Shown in pieces: positions 52,763-64,000 of a stretch of 64,000 nt of DNA. The notes beneath the pieces were generated by a model. The model was not told where the DNA came from and did not search any database. It saw only the letters and a list, made by a program, of their open reading frames with translations. The stretch covers positions 784,565-848,564 of the forward strand of contig NMRA01000085.1 of NCBI GenBank assembly GCA_002633005.1. The letters run 5' to 3'. A program made the translations under genes and the position numbers. Every line of letters begins with the position of its first letter. The first letter of the stretch is position 1. This stretch comes from Phoronis australis. Its lineage: Eukaryota > Animalia > Phoronida.

Positions 52763-55700
52763 ATCTAGGTTTCGGATCTTCCGACTTTTCAAATCTTGTA
52801 GTGTTAATATTACAACTTACTGTACATAAACTCTACTTTACTGGCATTTCAAGGCGTGTGCCGAAATAATTATGATGTGAAATAGCGATAATATGGCAAC
52901 CGTGGGTTAAAGGGGAAGTTATCTTTTTGAAGGCGTTTTTGGACAGTTTGTCCTGTTTTACCAATTATTTGCGATATTTTCTACATTTTAAATGGATTTC
53001 TACGAAACCGGAGTTGATGAAATGGAAATTTGCGCAGAACAACTTTCAAAAATGTCAAAAAAGAAAATATATACTTGCTCTGAGATAAAATCTATAGTTC
53101 TCTGGATATTTTAATAAATATATATTCATTGACGACAAGGTCCTACAAAGTCTCTACGTGCACAATTCCTGCGTTGACCTGTACTAAGACACTGTTTATG
53201 CATTCAGCAACAACAAAAGTAAGATTTTTCAATCACTCACAGTCAATATGTTGGCGATCATTTTGTGTGCCGCCATTTTGATTTTTTGTTCAAAATTACT
53301 CCATTTTATACCGTTGAGCGGAAAGGACATGTTATGTTTCTTATTTAATTACCATTCATAAGTTCCAAAACCCAACTTAATTTTCTATAGATTCCAACCC
53401 AGTTCTCTCGGTTTCACGACAAGTACGCTGTACGATAAAATATTGAAAATCAAAGTATTTACTATAGTAACTTAAAACCCCATATAACGGCCAAATGACT
53501 TTTGAACGTGTTAAATATATGTATCATTGATCGACACAAACATGTCATCCCTTCCTTTACTCCTCACATTAGCTAGTTACGCCAATTACTGTCTTACGAC
53601 CTCATCAGGAACCCCATGTAGCGCCGAAAAAAACGTTAGATGGCGCTCGTTCTTATCGACGCAAATGACATCATCGTTGAGACCCGCAAGACGTACCGTA
53701 CAGTCCGTTGCCACAGGAAACTTTCGTTACGGTGACGGGTGCATATTTCAAATCACAGATTTTCAAAATTTCATCTGTTAGAAACAGCAAAATTCAAACA
53801 CTATACGACACTTTTCTCGACTCTTCCACGTGCATGTAATATCCTGTGCCTTGATAGCAGTCTAGCGTCGCCAGAAGTCAGTAGCGCGTTCTCGGTGGGG
53901 ACCACTTACTCAGTCTAACATCAAACGCTTATTCACAAAGACGTCGAGGTCTAACGAACCAATTTAAGTACAGGGTACCCGCGTGCATTGGGTGACCGGT
54001 TGGCAATCAATGGAGATTCGTCGGACCCACGGCGACATCCTGGCGGAATGCGTGTACCAGAGAACTAATCTGTTAAGGGATTATGTCGGGGAGTAAGTTG
54101 GCGTTACACATCTTGCGAAGCGAAAGGCTCACTCGCAGCATGATTAAAAGAATGACCCGAGACTTTTCGCACTTGGGTCAGAAAAGCATAATACTTTGCT
54201 ATGGACGGACGTTACAGCACAAGAGTTCATTGAAATCTACGGCGAAATTGAAGATTAGAGAAATTTAGAAACAACGTTTGGATGGATTAGCGCCGTATAT
54301 GTTCGAACGAGAGGAATCCGAGTAAAAGTGGTAGGGAAGGGGGAAAACTGACCAATTGTCACGGAACACGCTACGGACCGTCTCGGAGGCGATGTTTGTT
54401 GTTGGTGAGTAAAATGTATAATCAATCAACGAAATTGCTAATACGGTAGAATTCAAATTAATCCGACGTAATTTCTTGCGGTCAAAAATTGGGAAAATTA
54501 TGAAGCAAAAGTTTTCTCATGAAATTCCAAAAACATTTACTTTTTATTTCCACTAGGTTTCTTTTTTGGTTTGACCATGATTTGTACTAAGAAAAATATA
54601 ATTTGATAAGCATGCGCTGCGACATCGGCAAATTCAAATTTTACGTTGAAATTGTGTCGGAAGTCACCCATGTTTAACTTGCCACCCGAATAGTATGCAT
54701 TTACCGCAAACAGGTAGCGCTTTGTCGCATTCATCGCTATATAAGAGAGAGGTCTATATTCCGGCAATAACAAAGGAAACATACATGTGTAATACTTGTC
54801 AAGTCAAGGGGGTTGGTGGCGGCGGTTGCTTTAGCGGCAGTACATGCCGGGTTTTCTTACTTCATTTTCCCGTTGCTCCCACTTGTTGGGTTCACCCAAC
54901 AACAAGTTGGGGAGTTTGGCCCTGTAGCCAATATCTTACACGACTGATTAACTCCATGCTGGCATTTATGGTTGGAGGGCCAGCTCTCTTTTGTTCGATA
55001 ATTGCTCTAATCTCCAATAAGATCGTATCTGCCCTGACAGGACTGTGTTGTTAAAAATAAAAGTTAAGTTATAACATATTTGAACATAAACCAATAGCAT
55101 TTTTAAAATCTTCGTCAAATGGTGATCCTGTTTAGTTTTTGAATCGCCAAAATCGCCCGACGGCAACCGAAGTTACGACAATCTATTTCAGAATACACCA
55201 ATTCACTCTGAGTTTGACCGTGTTCACACGGGGTCAGTAATAAGCCTGGTAGATAATTGGCCTCCCTGTTGTCATAACAGACAAAAGACTGTGCTTGGCA
55301 GTTAACAAAAAGCTAGATATTATCACACGCTCTGAACCCCTTACGTCTGGTGAGTCACTGAACGGGAAAACGCTGTCCTGTTTGCAACGGAGGTGGCTTT
55401 TGGAGGCGGTGGCTGTGGGTGTTTTTCTTCTCGAGGGCAGACAGCTCAAAAGCCTCGGTCGGTACCGGTATGTCTTCGGGTTTGTTTTGTGGCAAGTGAA
55501 CAGTCTTAGAAAGTCAAAATGTGTGGTTCATTGTGCCCACTCGACGAATTTTCCAAGCTGAGACCTGATTAAGGCGAAAGTATGGGATCAGTGTATTTCC
55601 GGGGCTTCAGTCATACATGTATTGACAAGGTGCTCGCTGGCGTGTACCAATAATTGCGGGTAGGCGGTACTTTTTCAAAAAGTTTTGAGGACTCCCGGCT

Positions 55701-57493
55701 TCGCGAGGTCCAATAGGCCCCTAAATTTCCCTTTCGTCTTTGCAAAAGGTCCACTGCATTGGCCTCAACCCCCGACAAATGGTGCACTGGCCGACTTCCT
55801 ACAGAAATGCTACCCCAGAAAACGGTGTGACTTAGTAGAACATATACAAAAAATATCAAACTCGCAACAAGTCTACCAACGTCGAAGGCTGACTGTCAGT
55901 TTATGATAAACAAGTGGCATGGCTGCTTAAAAGCAGCGCTACCTGTTAGCGAAGCGGGATATTACACACAGCGCCACCTGGTCGCGGTAAAGCCTTGCAT
56001 GAGTGGGTACCTTTTGCTACAAACAGTATAGGTCAACTGGTCAATTTACATTTCAAATGTCTGAGATCGACACAAACAACAAGCCGTCAGGAAGGTCTAA
56101 GCTATTGAGGTACGGGCAAAATACCAAACAAAAAACTAAAGACAAAACAAACAAACAACGATTATTTCGCGACCTTCACATGACAAAATTCCTCATTTTT
56201 ATCACTATTGTTCTTCATTTGAAGACAAAGGCAATTTACACAAGGCATACGAAACAGCCCATAGCCGACGCAACTAGCTGCACGCCGATTACTGAGATCT
56301 GCAGGAAAGTCTAAACGATCGAGGTGGGAACAAAATATCATTTAATAAAAAGGACAGACAAAGTTAACGCTACGAATCGGGGTTGTCATATTTAAATTAT
56401 CGTTCGATGTGAACTACCAATTGCACTAGGCATTTTATACTTTCAACTGAGTCAGGGAAACACGCCGTCCCGGTCATAGCACAACCCATCGACATGCTGA
56501 CTGCACACTTTTTTCAGTGTGTGCCTCCAAAGTGTACCCAAAGCCGTACTGCCCGACGTTCACATGCGGGTTGTGTAAGTACACCCTTTCGCGATGTTGA
56601 ATTCAAAGAATGTGTCACAAGGCTAAAGTTGAAACGGCGCTATCTAATGGTCACGTGCATCCGAGTGTATGCAACACCCAAGCGCTTAATCGAGCCAAGT
56701 CGGTGCAATATTTTATTTAGAACTGCTGCCGTTCTCTTTTGATGTACAACTTGGGAGGTGTGCACCTCTGAGTTCCCACCGCTGGAGTACTGGTACGCGA
56801 TACCTTGGCTACAACGTGTGAGTGACAGATGACTCGTGCATATGTCGCGCGTGCTGTCCCAAAAACGAGGGCTTGAGAATTTCTTACCGGCTTATGGTTA
56901 CTCTGATGCAAGACAAGTTGTGACCGTCGTTTGGCAAGTAACAGCCAAGGGTTGTCATCTTAACGTATGTTTTTTGCGATAAAAACGAGACGTACATTCA
57001 CACACACCGTTGATTTACGACATTTCTGAGTCACGATCGTATAAAATGGTACCGACCAGTGCTGCGGTGATTTATTCTCGGGGATATTGTTAGTGGATAA
57101 TCAAGATATCTTAAGAGAAAAAAATAATATTTTTCCACCACAGAGTTCGGTAAGTTTGCCGTTTCAGATTTAGTACGAAGCGTACCTGTTGTATGGCATT
57201 TTACATGGGTGCAAATATTTACTTCGACAATTTGTTCGTCGTGGGTCGTGAGTGAATCGATAGCGCCCTATCCGAGATCTACACCGCTGTTCGGTTCGAA
57301 GTGTGCTTTACCTGACACGATTCTTTTGCTTAGTAATTGCATTATCAACGGACACTGATGCCTAACGTCGGCGATGTTTCTAATTGGTCACGTTCCTTGA
57401 GCAATCTACTTATTTGTTTACTGTCCGGTAGCCGGTCAGCTGTTCAGGTTGTAGTTAGTGCGGTAATGTGTTTCTCACAACTATGATGTCAAT

Positions 57494-59736
57494 CACCCCG
57501 GCCAACCGGCGATCGAGAATGACCGGAAGGCGACCGAGGACGAAATTTGGCGCGAGAAGCGAAGCCAGGCAAGGTGAGTAAATTTGATGAATTTTCGTTG
57601 TTTTTACTTCCAATGTGACAACAGAGACATGAGTTCAAGGCGTAACACATTGAGGAAGGGCAGGTAGAGGCTCTTCCAATTATAGGAAGAAAGTTACGTT
57701 AACCGAGGCATCGCTTAAGCCGAAGGTGATTTGTATGTCATTTTGGCAAATTGCCGTTATTTTTGGCACTAAATCAATAAATTGACCATGGAGTTATGAA
57801 CAAATTACGTGTGAAAATATAACGCATAGCTTGTTTTTTTGTAGTTTTGTCAGGATCTCTGGTTTTTCGACGCTTTTCTTCTGAAAGATGCGGTCGAGAA
57901 CGCAACAATAAGTGATCGGGAACGCAAAATTGTGTTTGCTTATGCGATCGGGAACGCATCGTGGTGTGTCGAACAGTAATGGACTTTTTACTTATAAAAG
58001 ATGAAAAATGTTACAAAAAAAGTGTGGTGCAATGAATTAATCGCATTTTGTGTCGTTGACTGTGTTCCTTTCGTATCAAAACTGAACAACAGCGTAGCAT
58101 ATTTCCATTAAATTTCCATCACTACATGTACATCAAGTGAAATTTTAGTTTCACAAACGGGACAGGATCAAATATAAAAATTGAAAAAAATTTCGCCAGA
58201 AAAATGAAATCAGCTACTAAAACCACAAAAAGTCTTACACGCGCCTCGTATTCACTCGAATCGTAACCCCCCCCCCTTACCGAAAACGTAGATCTGCCAC
58301 TGATCACATCAAACAACTACCAACCACAGACGCTGTCAATTGAATAAACAATACTGACTTAACAACCTTCACCACTGGACTTAATGATTTCATTCATGAC
58401 GTTTCTGCTTGCCATGCCTGTAGAAAGAGGCATACTGTTTGCATGACATGCCACTTTCACCACAAAAAGGAGTGCCCTCGTGCTGTGACGCAGTGTTGCA
58501 TAAGGCTTACTCTTTCCGTGAAATACTGATTGCAGGCAGAACACTGAATCGACTTGGTTCCTGAGCACGATGCTTCACGCTGTTTTACTATATTGGTAAA
58601 AAATCTTTTGGCGCATGCAACGCGTCAATCACAGGGCTGGTAAAAGTCTTGCTTTGTTGTAGTGTCACTGTGTTTTATTGCCATGTGGTCATACTTTAAG
58701 ACGATTTCTTAGTTGTGAACGAGGCTTCACAAGACACACACACAACTTTGTGACATGCAGCAGTTGTACTACTCTTGTTTGAAGGCGTGGACATTAACAC
58801 CATGAAGGACTCGTCGTGTGGCTGCAGTTCAACTGAAAAAATCAAACGCATTCAGTTATGTTTGTTAGGCTTAATCTGGCACTTAGAAATAATGAAAAAA
58901 CGATAAAATGTAATTAATAATCAACCCATCAACTAATTCAGGCTCCGTATTGTTCTAAAATTATTGACATAATACCGTAACTTGAACGACTATTCAGGCC
59001 AATGTAGAGGAAAAAATGTGCGTTCACGATCGCTTTTTTGCGTTCACGATCGCCATAGAGAATTAACGACATCGTTCCGATCGCCGTCTCACACAAGGAC
59101 CTGCTTGTATTGGTAAATATCTCAAATTGTTTCACATATCATAACTAACAAAGGTGTCACCAGGGACGATTGAACTATAAACGCCACACTTCTCTTCTTA
59201 AGAACCCTGGAATTGCTAATAACACGTAGAAATTGTTTATTTTACGAGGCGCAAGGCATTTTACCGGAAGCCATTGCTTTATTTTAAGAAATAAGCAAAA
59301 GCCAAGTATTATTTCATATCCACAACAAAGGCTACACTCTGCCGCTTTTCTATGTGTAGCATTCATACCAAAGTGGCCTCTATTTCATGCGAGCCCCCCC
59401 CCCCATTTGGCGAAGTGGGCAAAAAGGTCCGCCTCAGAGAGACAACAAGTCCACGAAAATGAGGCATAAGTCCATTAAACATGCGCAAACGCGCAATTCA
59501 CAGTGGTGCTCCCGTTTTTTTGTTTTTTTTTTATTCCGCCCGCATTTTTGTTACCAAAAGGTCCACAAAGTCAGGAATTCGAGCCCCCCCATATTGAAGG
59601 CTGGGCGCGCGCATGTATTTATGCAGAAAATGACACTTAAACTCACCGGGTACGTCAATGTCGTCTGCCATTTTTGGTGGAAGGTCTCGTTCTCGATCGC
59701 CTTCCGGGCGTTCTCGATCGCGGGTTGGCCGGGGTG
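57494..59736. mobile_element. 2.24-kb DNA transposon derivative, CAC termini, ~50-bp TIRs, 5-bp TSD TCAAT (Transib/RAG-like signature)
   Basis: TCAAT|CACCCCGGCCAACCGGCGATCGAGAA...TTCTCGATCGCGGGTTGGCCGGGGTG|TCAAT; inward-facing GCGATCGnGAAC subterminal motifs at 57890-57960 and 59020-59090. Confidence 0.8.
58161..58302. mobile_element. Partial copy of the 37237-37473 MITE, nested in the CAC element
   Basis: Shared GACAGGATCAAA...AGCTACTAAAA...CCCCCCCTTAC..GTAGATCTGCCACTG. Confidence 0.7.
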
Positions 59737-60142
59737 TCAATAGACCAGTCTAGTGTGACTCGTCGAGAGGATAAAAGGGGTTTCCTATGGGGGCACATAG
59801 TATGGGGGGCATGAAATGTGTAATAATTATTTAGTTGTTGTGTGGAATATAACGAAACAAAGATTTGTTGCACAAAAGTACATGTATTTAACATACCTAA
59901 AAGGCAGTTGGCTCATTTTAGCCTGTCTTTAAAATTCGAAAACAGTTCATTCATTGCATTGCAGTTTTGATTAAACTACTAACAAGCGCTTTTCAACCAT
60001 TTCAAAGTGAATGGCATATTTGAATTTTGTTAAAATAGTTATCAGTGGAGAAATAGATCGTCTTGAAGCAAATTTTAGAGAGAGAAACCTATACACATTT
60101 TTTATATTGGAAGAACACAAGTAGAACATAACTTCCTTCTAA

Positions 60143-60285
60143 CATGGGCGGCGCAGCACTGAAAAAGTGGGGTGCTAAATCCTTCTCAGGCCACTGTGGT
60201 ACACCGCCTATACCCCATGTGCAGCGTAGCACTGAAAAAAGTGGGGGGTTATAGCCTCCCAGCCCCCTATGGTGCGTCGCCCATG
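60143..60285. mobile_element. MITE, TIR CATGGGCGRCGCA, 5-bp TSD TCTAA
   Basis: TCTAA|CATGGGCGGCGCA...TGCGTCGCCCATG|TCTAA; internal duplicated GCACTGAAAAAGTGGGG. Confidence 0.75.
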
Positions 60286-60757
60286 TCTAAGTCCTGTGGA
60301 AGTACAATTATCCATATCTACCCGGTCCCGCTACCTGTGAGGAAATATTATAGTGCATTGTTTGATTGATACAAAATAAACTTATGAAGGTCATACCATT
60401 TTTAAAAACCCCAAGCTAAATGCGACGGGAACAGCGCGCAGGCAAATATGCATAAACTGACCGGATTCGCTGCCTACTATCACATAATCTTGAGTTCGAC
60501 CATTGCTCTTCTGGTGATCCACACACACTTGGGCGATAGCCGGTCAAGGTCAAACGACGGCTCCTAAGACCTATCGATGATTTCGATGCTCGATGCTGGT
60601 GCCTGTAGTTACCTAATTGATTGGTAAAGTATAGCGTTGGTTGTAACAGGATGGGACATCTAATGCTTTCTTTTGACGCCCTGGCAAACGATAGGCCCCG
60701 ATGACTCTAGACCACGACCCGGTATAAGAACTTCTGCTTGGCGACTCCCTTACAAAA

Positions 60758-61270
60758 ATGAACTTAAGTTTTTCGCTGAAAACTTAAGTTTTTGGCGAAA
60801 AAACTTAAGTTTTTGGAAAATAACTTAAGTTTTAGAGGAAAAACTTAAGTTCTTCCGAAAAACTTAAGTTTTTAAAAGAAACTTAAGTTTTTAAAACTTA
60901 AGTTTTTCGCCAAAAACTTAAGTTTTTCAGCACAATGTTAAGTTTTTCAGAAAACTTAAGTTTTTCAGAAAACTTAAGTTTTTTCAGGTGTAAAACTTAA
61001 GTTTTCCCAAATAAACTTAAGTTTCAAGTAATAACTTAAGTTTTCATGAAAACTTAAGTTTTTTGAACTAACAAAACTTAAGTTTTTCTGATAACTTAAG
61101 TTTATCACAAAACTTAAGTTTTTGTAATTTTAAAAACTTAAGTTTTCCTGACTTCTTAAGTTTTTCGAAAACTTTAGTTTTTCCAATTATAGAAACTTAA
61201 GTTTTCCTGACTTCTTAAGTTTTTCAGAAAATTGGATTTTTTCATGTGTGGAAAACTTGAATTTTCTAAA
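60758..61270. repeat. Array of ~24 palindromic AAAACTTAAGTTTT units at ~15-24 bp spacing
   Basis: AACTTAAGTT recurs from 60761 to ~61220 and then degenerates. Confidence 0.9.
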
Positions 61271-62739
61271 AACACTAAGGTTTCTATGTGATGAAAATTT
61301 ACGTTTTCTAGTTTTTAAAATTTGAATATAGTGAGATATTTTTTAATTTTTGGTTCAAAAATTTTCCCATTATTTTCCAACAAAAAATAATTATTTGCTC
61401 ATGCAAAACCCATCATCTCATAAAAATGTTGCCCAAATGTTTCTTAACATTTATATAGATACAAACCGTAAAAGGACGAAAGTTTAACCAGTACTGATTT
61501 AGTGCAATTACGTAATCATTATCGCGCGTGAATTTAAATGTAGACGATCAACCGGTAACCAACAGCAGTAAGAATGCACCCAGTGTTAATCCCCTGAGAC
61601 ACTGACCTGGTCAGTACAATCTAATCAATAGAACTCATGCAATTCTTAAAAAAACGTAGTTATTGTGCAAGTTTCCTTTGTGTTGAGTTGTATTCGTAAG
61701 GCAGTTTCCACCGGAAGTCAACAGTTTGAATTTTATAACGACAGTGAACTTCGAAGAAAAATTCGTGTGTTGGCTAGCCCGCGACAATGAAGTTGAATAT
61801 TACTGCGGGCAGAGCCAGCAAGAAGACATTTCACAAGTTTTGGAAGTCAGGTTAGTGCCAGAGAGCGTTCTAAAATCGATTGGCAACAATGGGTGGTGTG
61901 ATTTCCAACGAACGTGTTAAGTTCAGTTGTTATTGTAGGGACGTGACAAAAAAATTCAAATTCTTATTTAATGCTTAAAAATGGATTGATTTAAAAAAAC
62001 ACCAAAAACAGATGCAAACAAAAAAATTAACAAAATCCGTTGAGCCGTTGGCTTGGTTTTTTCACAATAACTTCCTCAATACTTTTAATAACAACATGAA
62101 AATTTCAGGATATGACAATCCTAGCATTTACTTGGTGAGAGACATTTTTAAGACAACAAAAAATTCCAAATTCCAAAATGGCGGACAATTTCGCCACCAT
62201 TATGACTGCAAAAACGTCTTATTGTTTTACGTTAATGAACTATATGGTGTAATATACCATTGACGAACTATATGGTGTAATATACCAAATGATAGGTCTT
62301 TTCATTGCTTTTTTGAAGAGAATGATGAAAAACATGTTCAGGCAATATTTTCGACATTTCCGCAATAGCTACCAAAATGGCTGCCAACATTACTGCGTTA
62401 ACGACCACAAGAAGAGATTGATTCAGTAACCATGATGTACACGTAATATATGAATATTGAAGGTGTTTTTATGAACTGCAAGGATATCATACAATTGGGT
62501 TATGCATACATGTTTATTTTATACAAAATGGCTGCCAAGATGGCTGCCACCCATAACAGAAAAGTAGTTGCAGTAATACAATTTTACAAGACAAATGAAA
62601 CCAAAACGAGATTCGTTCAACTTTAACAACAAATTTTTGCTTGACCGCCAACAAGACTACCCAGAGGTTCAAAAGTCCATCTGTAACAAATACAAGGGCA
62701 CACTAAGTGCATCGCACAGATACAAAGGATCGTCATTAT

Positions 62740-62950
62740 TTTAATCCCACTAGGGGGTGCAATGCAGATGGAGCAAATGCACTAGAAAATTTAGGTAATG
62801 CAGAATACATCAAATATGTCTGAAAATGGAAATGCATTGTAGTCTCCTTAATAGAAACCTAACTACCAAGTTTCATGAAAATCCATCAATGAACTCTAAA
62901 GATACACAAGAAAACACACAAAAAAGTTGCCCTTGGGGGCACACAAACCG
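62740..62950 (-). mobile_element. Remnant related to the HINE satellite at 24.4-26.1 kb
   Basis: Reverse complement resembles the monomer (GTGCCCCC..GGCAACTT..GTATCTT..ATGGATTTTCATGAAA); also contains CCACTAGGGGGTGC. Confidence 0.55.
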
Positions 62951-63579
62951 ATTCCTTTTTTCTTTTGTTCAGTGGTAACTTTCTGGCGCTTTATCTGCTG
63001 TGTCAAATGTTTGATCTGACATGCTTTTGCAGACTTCAGTGAAGACTTGAGATCATGAATGGTTTTCTTTTCCTTCGAAACATACTGTAGCCGTCTCTTT
63101 AGTTTTTGTTTCCTAGGTGTTAGGGCTTCTCGTTTAGAGGATGGTGTAGAGGTGGATGGCTCTGATTCAACTGAAGGGCCAGCTTCAAGCTCTGGTTGTC
63201 AGCTCAGGAAATACAGGTTCATGGTGAGGGTCAGCAACCGCGCAAGACACAGGTTCTTCACTAAGTTCAGGAACGTGAGGAAACAACTCTTCGCACACTT
63301 TAAACTGGGACATGCTTCTTTCATTTGAAACTGATTGATACTCTTTAGTGACCTATTCACCAGCGAGTTTATATATTGCTTCTAGTCATTTTCCAATTAC
63401 CAATAAGTTCACGCAGTAAAGTTGACACTATCTCAGTCAGTGATTTGTTGCACTGTAAGAACACATAGAGGGCATGACCATTTTTCATGTTTTCACTGGG
63501 AACAGAGTTGAAGTTCTCTTGCAGGAACTGTCTCGCTTTGCCAGATTGAGATGGAGCTGACAACTTTTTTGGAGGCATT
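62950..63579 (-). pseudogene. Decayed coding exon, possibly the N-terminus of a transposon protein
   Basis: ttttcag|A ATG MPPKKLSAPSQSGKARQFL...; after a frameshift and stop continues ...STPSSKREALTPRKQKLKRRLQYVSK; ends at a repeat. Confidence 0.4.
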
Positions 63580-64000
63580 CTGAAAATATAAAAAAGACAT
63601 GTAAGAAAATTAACATACCAATGTACAGTGTCATAATATATTTGTTGTACACCAAATGATTCAGACTGCCTTGTCCTGTAATTACTATTAAACACTCACT
63701 ACGAACCCTAAAACTAAAGTTTGATTTTTTTACACTGATGTGCAACAAAGTGAAAAACATTCTACTTAGATGAGCAACACAAAATGCATTGATTTATCAT
63801 TTTTCAAAAAACTGAACAGTTCCTCTCCTTAATAAGTGTACTTAAAGAACTTGAAAACTACAAATGTAAAATTCTCCAGTTGTGGACACAATATCATGTC
63901 AGGCCAGTGGAATTATATTTTGTCAAATACCTCAAGAAGGTAAAGGAATCGATGTACCTACTCAATGATTTTCCAGGCACCAACTTAACTTTTGAAAGAA

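Noticed and set aside
52907-54540. Kolobok-like end TTAA|AGGGGAAGTT
   Set aside because: No matching opposite TIR found, so no boundaries can be supported
58380-58530. Cys/His-rich + strand peptide resembling a RING finger (as in RAG1)
   Set aside because: Spacing does not fit a RING without assuming a frameshift; no splice or ATG context; probably antisense noise
60758-61270. CRISPR-like repeat-spacer array
   Set aside because: Eukaryotic context, 10-14 bp repeats with 3-10 nt spacers, no cas genes

Overview
Eukaryotic (bilaterian invertebrate, probably mollusc-like) genomic DNA. Bases 1-36.9 kb are the 3' part of a large + strand multi-exon SEC16 (COPII ER-exit-site scaffold) gene, reconstructed by hand as 25 phase-consistent GT-AG exons plus two candidate optional exons. 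One optional exon is a 153-bp Lys-rich cassette; the other is a 4.3-4.6 kb in-frame exon with 21-aa SP/TP repeats. The last exon carries a QQQYGS prion-like repeat. The introns hold MITEs and a Helentron-type (HINE) element whose satellite monomers each contain a CTCF-consensus-like motif. Downstream (37-64 kb) is transposon-rich DNA: a decayed full-length gypsy-like LTR element with CG...CG termini and a 3-bp TSD (Troyka-type), interrupted by a TTAA Kolobok-like insertion; the 5' end of a LINE with an HDV-like ribozyme candidate; inverted Penelope fragments and hammerhead remnants; and a 2.2 kb CAC-terminated, 5-bp-TSD DNA element with inward-facing first exons at both ends (Transib/RAG-like signature). 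Several more MITEs and a palindromic AACTTAAGTT array follow. All calls come from reading the sequence by eye; no database searches were run.
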